The notes beneath the pieces were generated by a model, which had not been told where the DNA came from, searched no databases, and was given only the letters and a program-made list of their open reading frames with translations. Position numbers and translations under genes: made by a program. From Eledone cirrhosa (taxonomy: Eukaryota), in assembly GCA_964016885.1 (NCBI GenBank), contig OZ024750.1:27962001-28026000 (forward strand): a stretch of DNA of 64,000 nucleotides. The letters run 5' to 3'. Each line of letters starts with the position of its first letter. Positions within the stretch are counted from its first letter, which is position 1. Below, piece after piece: positions 29,720-43,535 of the stretch.

Positions 29720-32360
29720 GGTGTGGTGGTGCTGTGGTGGTGTGGTGGTGTGGTGTTTTGGTGGTGGTGTGGCGGTGTTGTGGTGGTGCAGGTGTGGTGG
29801 ATGGTGTGGTGGTCGTAGTGGCGGTGTGGTGGTGGTGTGGTGGTTGTAGCTGCTGCTGTTGTTGGTGTTGTTAATGGTGTTGCTGGTGTCACCATATATG
29901 GGTGGTGTGGTGGTGGTGTGGTGGTGGTGTGATGGTGGTGGTGATGTGATGGTGGTTGTTGTGGTGTGGTGGTTATGGTGATGTGGTGGTGGCATGGTGG
30001 TGGTGGTGGTGGTGGTGTGGTGGTGTGGTGGCAGTGGTGTGATGGTGGTGGTGTGGTGGTGTGGTGGCGGTGGTGTTGGTGTTGATGGTAATACTGCTGC
30101 TGTTGTTGTTGGTGGTGTTGTCGTCGTCGGCGGCGGTGGTGGTGGTGGTGCAATTGCGTCGTTGTGTTGTACTAATGTTGGTGGTGGTGGCGGTGGTGCA
30201 ATTGCGCAGTTGTGTGGTTCTGATGTAATGGTGTTGTTGTTGTTGTTGGTGATAGTGGTGAGGACGTTGTTGTTGGTGATGGTGGTGGTGGTGGTGAGGA
30301 CGTTGTTGTTGGTGATGGTGGTGGTGGTGGTGAGGACGTTGTTGTTGGTGATGGTGGTGGTGGTGGTGAGGACGTTGTTGTTGGTGATGGTGGTGGTGGT
30401 GGTGAGGACGTTGTTGTTGGTGATGGTGGTGGTGGTGGTGAGGACGTTGTTGTTGGTGATGGTGGTGGTGGTGGTGAGGACGTTGTTGTTGGTGATGGTG
30501 GTGGTGAGGACGTTGTTGTTGGTGATGGTGGTGGTGGTGGTGAGGACGTTGTTGTTGGTGATGGTGGTGGTGAGGACGTTGTTGTTGGTGATGGTGGTGG
30601 TGGTGGTGAGGACGTTGTTGTTGGTGATGGTGGTGGTGGTGAGGACGTTGTTGTTGGTGATGGTGGTGGTGGTGGTGAGGACGTTGTTGTTGGTGATGGT
30701 GGTGGTGGTGGTGAGGACGTTGTTGTTGGTGGTGGTGGTGGTGAGGACGTTGTTGTTGTTGTTATTGGTTGTGGTGGTGGTGAAGGTGTTGTTGTTGGTT
30801 GTGGTGGTGGTCATGGTGGGGTAGTGGTAGCAGTGTAGTATTTTGGATGGTGGTGGTGGTAATGGTAATAGTGTAGTGTATTAGGTGGTGGTAGTAGTGG
30901 TAGTGTATCTGGTGGTGGTAGTGGTAGTGGTAGTGATAGTGTATTGGGTGATGGTGGTGGTAGTGTGATGGTGGTGATGGTATTAGTGTAGTGTATTGGG
31001 TGGTGGTGGTGATGGTAGTAGTGTGGTGTATTGGGTGGTTGTAGTGTATTGGGTGGTGGTGGTAGTGGTATTAGTGTAGTGTATTGGGTGGTGGTAGTGG
31101 TGGTAGTAGTGTAGTGTATTGGGTGGTGGTAGTGGTGGTAGTAGTGTAGTGTATTGGGTGGTGGTAGTGTATTGGGTGGTGGTGGTAGTGGTGGTAGTGT
31201 AGTGTATTGGGTGGTGGTGGTATTAGTGTAGTGTATTGTGTGGTAGTAGTAGTGGTGGTAGTAGTGTAGTGTATTGGGTGGTGGTGGTGTGGTAGTGGTT
31301 GTGGTAGTATCAAAGGTGCCGTGATGTTGGGTGGTAGTGTGGTAGTGTGGTGGTGTGGTGGTGTGGTAGTAGTGGTGGTAGTATCAAAGGTGCCGTGGTG
31401 TTGGTGTGGTGGTAGTGTGGTGGCGGTTGTGTGGTGGTGGTGTGGTAGTAGTGGTGGTAGTATCAAAGGTGCCATGTCAGTGTCTCCAACATATGACATT
31501 GCAAGGTCGTAGGAGATAATGTGGTGAAAGAGATGGCGTGATTTGTGAAAATAGTGGTGGTGGTGGTGGTGGTGGTGTTGATGGTGATGGTGATGGTGGT
31601 GGTGGTAGTGGTGAGGTAGGTAGTGTTGACAGTGTTAGTTGTGGTGATGGCGTTGCTGCTAGTGGTGGTGTTGGTAGTGCTGGTGGTGGTGGTGGTGGTG
31701 AGGGTAGTGGATGTGGTAGGTAGTGGTGATGGTATGGTAGTGGTGATGGTATGGTAGTGGTGGCGTTGGTAGTGGTGATGGTGCTGCTAGTGGTGGTGCT
31801 GTTGGTAGTGCTGATGGTGGTGGTTGTGGTGGTAGTGGTTGTAGTGGTGATGGCATGGTAGTGGTGGCGTTGGTAGTGGTGATGGTGGTGGTGCTGCTGC
31901 TAGTGGTGGCGTTGGTAGTGCTGATGGTGGTGGTTGTGGTGTTGGTGTTGTTGGTATTAGTTGTGATGGTATGGTAGTGGTGGCGTTGGTAGTGCTGATG
32001 GTGGTGGTGGTGGTATTAGTTGTGGTAGTGGTTGTGGTTGTGGTTGTAGTGGTGATGGTGGTGATGGTGGCGATGGTGGCAGTGATGGTGGTAGTGGTGA
32101 GGGCCGTGGTGGTGATAGGTAGTGTTGACAGTGTTAGTTGTGGTAGTGGTGTTGGTGGTGATGGTGGTAGTGGTGTTGGTGGTGTTGGTGGTGGTAGTGG
32201 TGGTGTTGGTGGTAGTGGTGTTGGTGATGGTGGTAGTAGTGGTGGTGGTGTTGGTGATGATAGTCATAATGTTGGGGAGATTTGCTGGTGGTGGTGCTAG
32301 TGGTGGCGTTGGTAGTGGTGGTGGTGGTGGTATGTTGCTGGTGGTGGTGGTGGTGGTAGT
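29720..32360. repeat. (GGT)n-rich compound repeat including a 33-39-bp array at 30255-30745
   Basis: Unit gtgaggacgttgttgttggtgatg(gtg)n. Confidence 0.92.
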
Positions 32361-33888
32361 TATGTTGTTAAGGGGTAGTGTCGGCAATAGCGGTAGGTGT
32401 TTGTGTTGGTGATGTTGCAGTCTGACTCATGACAAAAGAGAGATTTTTTTTTTCCTTTGCACACGACTGTGCAGCATAACTGTGCAGCATTGCTTCTGCA
32501 CAAGCTGCATTTAAATGCACATAGCGGCTGTATATATTTAGATGTGGGTTCATTGTGTATATCTATATGCATATGTATATATATTTATGTGTATATATGT
32601 GTGCAGTTATCTAACCTGATAATAATCGGTGGAAGCGGTGGAGGAATTGCTGCAAAATAGCTAGGTGACACCAATTGCACATACTGTTTGCATTTAAGCA
32701 TTTGCACATTTTATGAAAATGTGTAGACATAGTAGTATAGAAGATCAGGTTATTGACCTCTTTATATAATATTTTTGTTGCTGTTGTTGCTGTTGTTGTT
32801 GTTGGTGATGGTGTTATTTGCAATGTCCTATATTACAGCTGTTTATTGTGTTACACTGCACATGTTGTTGTTGTTTTTTATGGTAGTAATAGTGGTAGTG
32901 GTAGTAGTAGTAGTAGTAGATATAGATTTGGTGTCAGTGGTGATAATAGTAGTAGTGATTTAGTTGTTTTGTTTTGTTGTTGTTGTAGTGGTAGTGGTAG
33001 TGGATATGATGGTAGTAGATTTGGTTTGGATATGGTAGCTGTAGTTTCTGTTGTTGTGGTGGTAGTACATATAATGGTAGTGATTATTGTAGTGATAGTT
33101 TAGTTGTTGGTGCTGTTTAGCCCTAGGTCAACAGTGATCAAGCAGACCGATGATCAAAGTTTTTCCAGAAGCAACAATTCGTTTTTTTTCTTTATGCCCA
33201 GTAAACAAAGATTTCAGACAATTTGACTGATATTTTTTAACAGATTAAGTAATCACGCGAACACAAGAGGTTGCCAGAATCGATATGGGATCAATATTGT
33301 GCCTAAACTAAAAAACATTATGATGAATATATTTTCTTTTCGTCGTTGGAGATTTTGGATTAAATATTTAATAGGTAATGACTGGTTCTTCTTGTTTAGC
33401 CCAAGGTCATCCCCATAAAACAGAGGCTTCCTCTATATCGAGTTCGAATCACAGGTTCATAACTTCGTACATATAAGATACCTTTCACTAGCTGATGACC
33501 ACACTGGATAGGTTATATAATATTATGAAAACATTACAAAAAATATGAGTTCAAAACCCGCCGTGATTTACTTTTCCTTTCATCCTTCCGGAGTCGATAA
33601 ACTACAGTACCAGTTAAATACTGGGGCTGATGTAATTGACTTTTCTCTCCCCTTAAATGCCTTGTCCCTGAATTAGAAACCAATATATTTATATTTTGGT
33701 GTTTGTTCTGACTCACTGTCGTCTGTGTTGAAATCGAACTGATTGCAGAATTGACTTTCATTCTTTTGAAATCAATAACAGAAATACCGAGGAATCAAGT
33801 ACTGAGGAAGATTATTCATCTATATCTCTTTCTCACATCCGCTCTATCACTCACTTTCTTTCTCCGAAAGAAATTGGCTGTGTTCAGA

Positions 33889-34042
33889 TATAGGGACTTA
33901 ACCAGCTTTAAAATCCCCAAGAAACGCCGTATTTAGTCATATTTCCAGCTCTCTCTCTATATATATATAGCTGGAAATTTGACTAAATACTCCATACGGC
34001 GTTTCTTGGGGATTTTAAAGCTAAGTCCCTAAGTCCCTATAT
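33889..34042. repeat. Imperfect palindrome centred on (CT)(TA)
   Basis: agctttaaaatccccaagaaacgccgtat / atacggcgtttcttggggattttaaagct. Confidence 0.85.
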
Positions 34043-34446
34043 AAGGCCAACAATTATTCCAGTGCATTACTGGTACTTTATTTTATCGACCCTGTAAGGA
34101 TGAAAGGCAAAGTTAACCTCGGCGGGATTTGAACTCAGTCCGTAAAGGGACGTAACTGTGCTGCAAATCATGGTGTCCGATCCTCTACCGATACTACCAA
34201 GGAGTTGACGGACCCAGCATCAATGCCAGGACCTGTTGTATCTCAAAGTACTCAATAGGCAATGTAAGGTACATTCCCAGAGTATACACATAGTTATTCG
34301 CTTCAATACAACACACAGAAACGAATATATTGATATTTTGGTGTTTGTTCTGACTCACTGTCGTCTGCGTTGAAATCCATTCTTTTGAGGTCGATAACAG
34401 AAATACCAATCAAGTATCTCTCTCTCTACATCTCTCTCTCTCTCTA

Positions 34447-34483
<37 letters not shown>

Positions 34484-34639
34484 CTCTCTCTCTATATACA
34501 TCTCTCTCTGGAATAAATCGGCTGTCTCTACCCGACAAGGATACTCCAAACACGTTGTGTGTCAGAACGGCGTCCCTACGACTTCATTGAGAGTTAAGGT
34601 CACTTCGACATTTTTGCGAGTAACCACGTAAAGGTAGGT

Positions 34640-35390
34640 GGTGGTATTGTTACTGGTAGTGGTAGCAGTAGTGGTAGTAGTAACAGTGTGATGGTAGCAG
34701 TGGTTGGTGGTATTGTTACTGGTAGTGGTGGCAGTGGTGGGAGTGGTGGTATTGTTACTGGTAGTGGTGGTAGTAGTACTAGTGTGATGGTAGCAGTGGT
34801 TGGTGGTATTGTTACAGTTCTTCTGGTTTGCCATTGTCGTTGCTGTCATTGCTTTCATGTCTTGTAGTAGTTGTAGTTGTTATTGCTGTGGTGGTAGTGG
34901 AAATAGTAATAGTAGTAGTAGTTGTTGTGGTAGTAGTTGTGGTAGTGGTGGTGGTGGTAGTGGAAATAGTAATAGTAGTAGTAGTTGCTGTGGTAGTAGT
35001 GGTGGTGGCTGTGATGGTGGTTGTGGAAATTGTAATAGTAGTAGTAGTTACTGTGGTAGTAGTGGTGGTGGCTGTGATGGTGGTAGGGGAAATTGTAATA
35101 GTAGTAGTAGTTGCTGTGGTAGTAGTGGTGGTGGCTGTGATGGTGGTAGGGGAAATTGTAATAGTAGTAGTAGTTACTGTGGTAGTAGTGGTGGTGGCTG
35201 TGATGGTGGTAGGGGAAATTGTAATAGTAGTAGTAGTTGCTGTGGTAGTAGTTGTGGTGGTGGTGGTGGTGGCTGTGATGGTGGTAGTGGTAATAGTAGT
35301 AGTAGTAGTAGTAGTTGTTGTTGTGTTAGTAGTTGTGGCGGTAGTGGTTGTGATGGTGGTAGTGGAAATAGTAGTGGTAATAGTAGAAGT
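34640..35390. repeat. (GGT/AGT)n cryptic repeat with ~63-bp unit
   Basis: Directly visible. Confidence 0.9.
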
Positions 35391-35511
35391 TTAGCCTTAT
35401 GTCAATCCTGGTCAAAGTGACCTATAATCCACCACACCACACCACACCACACCACACCACTCCAGCTGTGACCATACCTTCTATCTAATGGTATGTTGGA
35501 TAACATTATCT

Positions 35512-36030
35512 TGTGAATTGGCAGTATCGGTAGAGGGTCGGACGCTATGCTTTGACGCACAGAGTTACGGCCCTTGCCATTCTGAGTTCGAATCCCGCCG
35601 AGGTTAACTTTGCCTTTCAACCTTACGGGGGTCGATAAAATAAAGTACCAGTAATACACTGGGATAATTGCTGGCCGTGTGCCAAAAGTAGACACAATTA
35701 TCTTGTGATGGCGGTGAATTGGCAGTATCGGTAGAGGGTCGCACGCCATGCTTTGACGCATAGAGTTACGGCCCTTGTCATTCTCAGTTCAAATCCCACC
35801 GAGGTTAACTTTGCCTTTCAACCTTACGGGGGTCGATAAAATAAAGTACCACTAATGCACGGGGGTAATTGCTGGCCTTGTGCCAAATGTAGAAACAATT
35901 ATATATAGCACCATTAATATCACCATTATACTGTGAGATTCTTACGGGGTCGATATGGGGTCGATAAAATAAAGTACCAGTAATGCACTGGGTAATTGAT
36001 GGCCTTGTGCCAAAAGTAGAAACAATTATA
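35512..36030 (+). mobile_element. Head-to-tail array of SINE family B (two full, one truncated)
   Basis: Repeated gtgaattggcagtatcggtagagggtc...gtagaaacaatta. Confidence 0.88.
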
Positions 36031-36205
36031 CTGTGAGATTCTGATTCAGGTAGAATACGCGCGATATAATTCGACATTATTAAAGTGATAATTTTCTTAG
36101 CAATCTTTCACAAGCACAATATTATGTTTACCTGTAAATAAAATAATGAATTAATTAAATCTGTATATAAATTTGAGCGACTTCCGTCCGTCCGTCCGTC
36201 ACACA

Positions 36206-36261
<56 letters not shown>

Positions 36262-37412
36262 GGAAGGAAGAGGAAGGTGAAAAAAACTATAGCAAAACAG
36301 CCGCTGGCGTTCCATTTGCTACGCTGTGTGAGTGTATGTGTCTGTCTGTGTGTGTTTGTATAAATTTATGTGTATACACACACACACATACGCGTCATCT
36401 TGTTGAAAAAAATGCTAGTGTTAAAAATTACTGCAGCATAATAAATGCTAATATGTAGATTTCAATGGAAAGGAAGGTTGTGGAACTTGTTTCAATGTTG
36501 AACAAAATAACCGAGGATTGAATTCTAAGAATTAATAATTGATCTACTTCCTTTATTTTCGCCTCCAGGCCTGAGAGATTGACGTAATTGTTCTGCTAAC
36601 AAGGTACTCATCAAGTTCCCTATTTGTCTTGCTACATATTAAGTATTCCTGTATCTAATTGTTGCTGTTGTGTTGTTGTTGTTGTTGTTGTTTTGACAAG
36701 TGGAATACAATCATTTCTGAAATATGAATATTCATTTATGTATTTATTTATTTGTTTGTGTGTGTATCTGTGTATGTGGGTATATGTATGTGTTTGTGTG
36801 TCTGTCTGTCTGTCTCGGTATCTTTATGTGAGGGACGTGTGTGTGTGTGCGTGTGTGTGTTTTCGTGTGTGCATGTGTGTGTGTGTGTTCAAATGGTAGC
36901 GGAACTGACCACAAGAGGTATAAGGACATATATAAGGTGGTAAAGTTGGTTTAAAAAAATAAAAGGTTGGGTGGATAGGGAGAGAGATGGCAGATACGGG
37001 TATGAGAGGCAGATGAAGTTGGTAAGGTTATATCTAAAAGTTACGAAGTTACCATGAGGATAGGGAGTCAGTCGTATGTGAGGAGGCTTAGATGAGAAAT
37101 GGGTTGTATAGACAACAGAATAACGCGAGAGACTTTAATGCAGGGGGGGGGGGTACAGTAGAAAAGAGAGACTGAGAGAGAGTGAGAGAGAGAGAGAGAG
37201 AGAGGCTGATATATATCTTTGACCTGTCTGTATTTTTCGTTGTTGTAGTATTAATGTAGCAACATGCCTCTGGTCGTATTATTGTGTCACTATTACGTAA
37301 CTTCTTGTGTTCACTCTGAGGAGTAATTTATTGATTACTCTTCATCGAGTGCTTCGTGACAGTCTTCGAAAATCAATCGGATGCGAATCTGCTACTTGCA
37401 GCTGTGACTTCG

Positions 37413-37466
<54 letters not shown>

Positions 37467-37520
37467 GTGTGTGTGTGTATATATTTGTTTTGCAAGGTTT
37501 TTGATATGAAATCGTGTGTT

Positions 37521-38041
37521 GAAACAAATAGACTTGACATCATTGTAAAAGAACAACATAACAAGGTCTGTTTATTGATAGATATGAGCATCCCATTTGA
37601 TCACAATATCGTGACAAAAGAATTTGACAAGCTACGAAAATATAAAGATCTGCTTATTGAAATTGAGAAAATGTGGCACCTCAAGGCCGTTACAATACCA
37701 GTGATTGTGGGAGGACTGGGAATGATCAAGAAAGGAACAGAACAATATTTGCGAATGATTCCTGGTTTACCCTCTCTGCACGAGGGGCAAAAAATTGTTT
37801 TGACTGGTACTGCACACGTATTGAGAAGAGCACTATCTCTGTAAGATTGATATCCCTCCTTCTATTTACATATGCATATGCACATGTGTATATATGTATA
37901 CTATTTTTTTTTTTAATTATAATCAATGTGCTGTATTAACTGGCTTACCAAAGCACACTGTGAATTTATTTGCCCTAGGTGTCAGGAAGACACTCGGTAT
38001 ATATCTCAGAAACAATAATGAAAGAAAATAAAAATAATAAT

Positions 38042-38047
<6 letters not shown>
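37521..38047 (+). mobile_element. R4/Dong-like non-LTR retrotransposon 3' end (restriction-like endonuclease domain)
   Basis: NRLDIIVK..CLLIDMSIPFD..KEFDKLRKYKDL..MWHL..IPVIVGGLG; stop at 37844; 3'UTR ends in (TAA)n. Confidence 0.82.
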
Positions 38048-38084
<37 letters not shown>

Positions 38085-38862
38085 GATAAATCTACCAAGA
38101 GTTTACGGTAGTGTCCAATCCGTATGAAGAACTCAATGTAATCCGGATATCATGGAAAGAAGAGATGCAATGAAAAATCACTTTCGGTGAAAGATAAACG
38201 GAATACAGAGTCAAGATAAAATATTAAAAAAATAATGAATAAAACAATGAAACAGTTCCTTATATTAAACAAAAAAAGTTCATTATTTAACGATCGTTTC
38301 TGGGATATATATGTGTTAGAATTGGCATGTATATTTAACAGATCTATGTACAAAATTATACAAAATTATACAAACTATCAAAATTAAATATACATACCAA
38401 CTCATATATATGCCGTCTTCAGAAATAATGAAATATATTTATTGATAATAACAACAATTCAAAATTACAGGTCTGTTTGGGAACAGAGTTCAAATTGACC
38501 AATGGAAACACAAAAAGTTTATACAGTTAGGTGTGTGTATATATGTAAGTAACTTCGTTCACAGATATGCATAAAAATATATGTTCACATGCATACGCAT
38601 GCCGAAAAGATGTATGTAAATACAAAAATTCAGGGCTAATGTCTCTGTATGTTTATAATCTACAGATAAAACATTATGTACATTTTAGTGGCCAAGTTTC
38701 GTAAGATCCTGGTGACATCATCAGGTGTTAATTGCACAATAGTTATATAATAAAGGAATAATTGTAAACACAATCCAAGAGGTTATAAAAAAACAGAGAA
38801 TGTTTTTGACTCGAAGGCGATCAAGAGGGCCAGTTGCTGATAGTTTGGCTGACCACACATAC

Positions 38863-38916
<54 letters not shown>

Positions 38917-40783
38917 CGTATCGACCTCGAAAGAATGAGAGGCAATACCCTGTCTACCGGGACCACGAGGTGGACCGACCCTTGAACAGTGATTTTACTA
39001 AGTCAAGACGGGAACAGTGGCATGGATTATATACCAAGATAATTTCAATATGGTTTTTTAAATCTGTAATGATAAGCATAACTAAGTGAATAGCAACATT
39101 GCTAATTATCTTTATAAAGGCAAATGGATACAAAAGGTTATAAAATATTATAAGAAGTAGCAGCTAACATAAAGTGAATAATCATAATGCAAAAATTTAG
39201 TTAATAAACAAATAATCTATACTTATTCCAAGTCAAAGATACTGTTTACCTGAATATGAGTATAATGTGAAATATATTGTGGAAGAGTTCCGTACAAGCG
39301 ATTGAAATTACTGCAAGTTTATACTAAATTATCCGTTATGTACTTGTTAGTGTGGCTTCCGTTTCCATCTTCAGTATTAAAGGAGTACACGAAACCATCA
39401 CTAAAACCTAACAAGACATAAAATCCCGCCGAGGTTAACTTTGCCTTTCATCCTTACAGGGTCGATAAAATAAAGTACCAGTAATGTACTGGGTCATTTC
39501 TGGCCTTGTGCCAATAGTAGAAACAATTATGATAGAAAATGCTCTCATTATATCCAGTAACAAACTATAGTACTGGTCTATTTGAGTTGTATTTTGATAG
39601 TAGTTACTGTGAAATTCCAGAATTCAGATGCTGAGCCCAACCCTTTATCTAGTTAGCCCTATAGTTTTCGAATGAAGGCCCTCATATTTGAACTCCCAAT
39701 TCTAAGTGAATGAATTGGTTTACAATTATTCAACTATCAAGTTAAATCTAGACTTAAATCATAAACCTTCCGTATAATATAATTTTAAGTCGGTTGATTC
39801 TCAACCAAGAAAGCATTAATTAATATTTCCAGAGAAGAGAGCTGCACTTTTGACCTAAATTCTCAGATATATGCAAATAAATATACTTAAATGAATTGGG
39901 TAGACACTCAAGTGACAAATATTTGGCACTGATACTGATGTATGGTATACTTTATAGGCATTATTTACAGCAAATTATTTCAATTACATAAAATATGATA
40001 ATATGATGACGTTTTAAGTAGAGGAAGTTATCAAGTTTGTTGTTATGCTGGTCATTTTTTTTACTGCAAAGCCTGATGTTCTCAACTGACCAATCCAGTG
40101 TTTCCTTTCTTAACCCACATCCTTGAGAACATGATGGGAAAATGAATGGGATAGATAGAGGAAATAGAAAATAAAGAGGGAGTAATTCGGTGAAGATAGA
40201 GCAAAGTAGAATAACAGCAACTTTTACAAAACAATTAAATATTCTATCCAACTAAATACAAGGAAACACTATATTGACAAAACGGAAATGTAATGCACTT
40301 AAGATGGTTGAATGTTGTTCAAAAGCATAGACACTGTTGGATTTATCTGCGTATTTAAAACTTACAATCTGAACCAAAACAACGGGAGGAATACGTACAA
40401 TTGTTATATTCTAGTTAGAAAGGAGCAAAACAGCTTGTGTCTTGTTGTTCGGCAATAGTGCCTCACCCTCGAAAATAAATAGCTTGGCTGTTGTTGTCTG
40501 ACAATTGTACTTAACCATTTAATGTTCAAACCGGCCAGAATTCTCTACCTTTTTCTGTTGAAACTGGCTGTAACTGGTCACTCAAACTGATGTTAAGGTA
40601 TTGTTCTCAAAATAAATACTTTCAAAATCTCATAGATTCGATATTATGTGAGATAATTATGCAAGGTGAAGTCTTTACCATGAAAATATAATAGTATATA
40701 TAGAGTAATGTGAATGCTAAAAGATAAATAAAAGCAATAATTCCAACTGAATTTCGAAACCATACTGCGAAATGTGATATATA

Positions 40784-40951
40784 CCGTATTTCCCGGCGCC
40801 AAAGACGCTTCGTCCTCGAGGACGCACCCTAATTTTCACAACCAAAAGTTTGAAAAAAGTTAATAAACAACATTCGGCCTCCAGGACGCATGGTAGACTT
40901 TTGAGACTTATTTTAGAAAAAAAGTAGCGTCTGCGACGCCGGGAAATACGG
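40784..40951. mobile_element. Tc1/mariner-type MITE
   Basis: 26-bp imperfect TIRs ccgtatttcccggcg...agacgct, with TA on both sides. Confidence 0.85.
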
Positions 40952-41032
40952 TATATAAAAGTATATATATTTCGTTTTTAATTTGTTTTGCAAGATTTCT
41001 AATCTGAAAACGTGTGTTGAAACAGATATTGT

Positions 41033-41387
41033 TATACTTTTGGAGGGTCATGTTGCCAATAAAAACACATGCACCTGTGGGTTTCACTTCAATTTATTAT
41101 AAATTTCTGGTTGGTTGGTTGGTTGGTTCGATAACCGGATGGTTATTTATATTTTGTCAAAGCTCTTTCGTCACACATTCGTGACCATCTCAGTGACACA
41201 AAAGCAAGATGGTGTTGGATAGAACAAAGGAGAGACATAAAATAAAAACCCAGTCACTGAGGAGGTCACAGAATGTGTGACGAAAGAGCTTTGACAATAT
41301 ATAAACAACCAACCGGAAATTTATAATAAATTGAAGTGAAAAGCAACAGGTGCATGTGTTTTTATTGGCAGCATAATCCTCCCAAAG

Positions 41388-41390
<3 letters not shown>
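41033..41390. mobile_element. Head-to-head fold-back element with two hammerhead motifs
   Basis: Arms are mutual reverse complements; hammerheads at 41253-41295 (+) and 41156-41197 (-, damaged core). Confidence 0.78.
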
Positions 41391-41419
<29 letters not shown>

Positions 41420-42419
41420 GGAATCCGGCAACAAATATATATATATATATATACATACAGTATAAGGGGATCCGGCAAATACCATTTGGTTCTATGAGGG
41501 AATTAATAAAAGTGCAGAAAGAGCTGAGTTAGTTTTTCGGTATTAGTTCTAGTTCTCTGCACTCAAATCCCATCGAGGTCAACTATGCTTTTCATCCTTC
41601 TGACGTAGATAAAAAAAACCTACCAATTCTATACACGAGTCGATTCTTCCTTTGTATCTCTTTCTCACTTCTTCTCTTTCATGTTGGTAAATGTATATTT
41701 AAGTGCTATATCACTTTCTACAGAAGGCGTCAAAGGCAGAGAGTCTGCTTTGCGGTATTCGTTCCGGCTCTCTGCACTTCGAGTTCAAATCCCACTGAGG
41801 TCAACTTTGCCTTTTAATCCTTCTGAAGTGAATAAAAAAAAACTACCAGTTCTGTACTGAGGTCGCTTCTTCTTCTGTATCTCCTTTTTACTTACTCTCT
41901 TTCACTTTCTTTCCTTACTCTGGGAGAAATTGGCCATATTCAGGTTCGGGAATGAGATGTGCCCCAGCTGATGTCCATACACGGCCCCTACAATTCTACT
42001 TGGAGTTGTGGGGCAAGTAGAGATCATTTCCTACACAATAAATACTTTTTCAATATTGATCACTAGTATCGATTTCACTTGAAAGAATCGTTTTAAAGAA
42101 ATATTCGCTTTTTTTTTTATAATAAATAATTTCTTAAAGAAAATACATGAATAAATAACATTTGTCTAAGATTTTCACTGTTGATGTGGTTTGGGCTATA
42201 AGTTATTAATATGCTTAAATTAGTTACTGCTCTATAGTACTAACTAAATGTATTTAGAAAAACAAACCAAAACAATAACAAACAGATTATATTTAATACA
42301 TGTGTGGGGCGTGACCTGGAGGAAAAGTGAAGTTTTAATCTATTATTTCATATTCAGCTTAATGTCATGTCAGTTAGATAATGGGAGGGGTTGAGCGTTA
42401 ACCCTTATTTCGATGTGCT

Positions 42420-42448
42420 TAGGGCTTAGGGCATCACTTGTCCTTAAT

Positions 42449-42520
<72 letters not shown>

Positions 42521-42625
42521 GTGTGCATATATATATATATATGAATCTATGTATGTATGTGTGCATATATATATATATATATATGAATGTATGTATGTAT
42601 GTGTGTATATACATATATATATATG

Positions 42626-42665
<40 letters not shown>

Positions 42666-42800
42666 CATATATATATATGTGCATATATATGTGTGCATGT
42701 ATATATATATGTATATATATATGTGCATATATATATGTGTATATATATATATATATATGTGTATGTGTGAGAAAGAGATATGTGTATGCATGTATGTGAG
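42420..42800. repeat. (TA)n/(TGCA) compound microsatellite
   Basis: Directly visible. Confidence 0.9.
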
Positions 42801-42944
42801 TTTTAATGTTCAAATATAGACATACACTCTATCTCTCTTTATTATGGTATCAGAGAGAGAGAGAAAATATGTAGATAACAGGAGTATGTGAAAGAAAGAA
42901 AACAAGAAAAATATATAATTCTGCTACTATAACATCGTATATTT

Positions 42945-43460
42945 CTTATTCTCGCTCTCTCTCCACACCTCTTCTTCCATCCCCCTCCTCCTCTCCCCTC
43001 CTCTCTCTCCTTCTCTGCCCTCCCCTCCGCTCCTCATCTCCCCTCCTCTCTCTCCTCATCTCCCCTCCGCTCCTCATCTCCCCTCCTCTCCCTCTCCCCT
43101 CGCCTCTATCTCTCGTTCCACTCCCCCTCTCTCCACCCCCTCTCTACTCTCTCTCTCCTCCCCCCTCTCTCTCTCTACACCCTCTCTCCCACCCTCTCTC
43201 TCTCTACACCCTCTCTCCCACCCTCTCTCTCTCCCACCCTCTGTCTCTCGCTCCACTCCCTCTCTCTCTCCCACCCTCTATCTCTCGCTCCACTCCCTCT
43301 CTCTCTCCCACCCTCTAACTCTCGCTCCACTCCCTCTCTCTCTCCACCCTCTATCTCTGCACCCTCTCTCCACCCCTCTCTTTCCACCTCTCTCTCCACC
43401 CCCCCTCTCTCTCTCTCCACCCTCTATCTCTCCACCCTCTCTCTACCCCCCTCTCTCTCT
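42945..43460. repeat. Polypyrimidine/polypurine low-complexity tract
   Basis: About 500 bp, almost exclusively C/T on the + strand. Confidence 0.9.
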
Positions 43461-43535
43461 GAGGGTCACAATAACCTGCAAACACGATAAAATTCACCTA
43501 CATTTTAGAAACTATACATTGTTAGGTGGTGAAGT

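Noticed and set aside
27400-32400. Mucin-like or Thr/His/Val-rich proteins
   Set aside because: Trinucleotide low-complexity sequence, no frame preference, no splice support.
39961-40251. Possible minus-strand exon after a pyrimidine tract
   Set aside because: No recognisable domain, donor site or partner exons.
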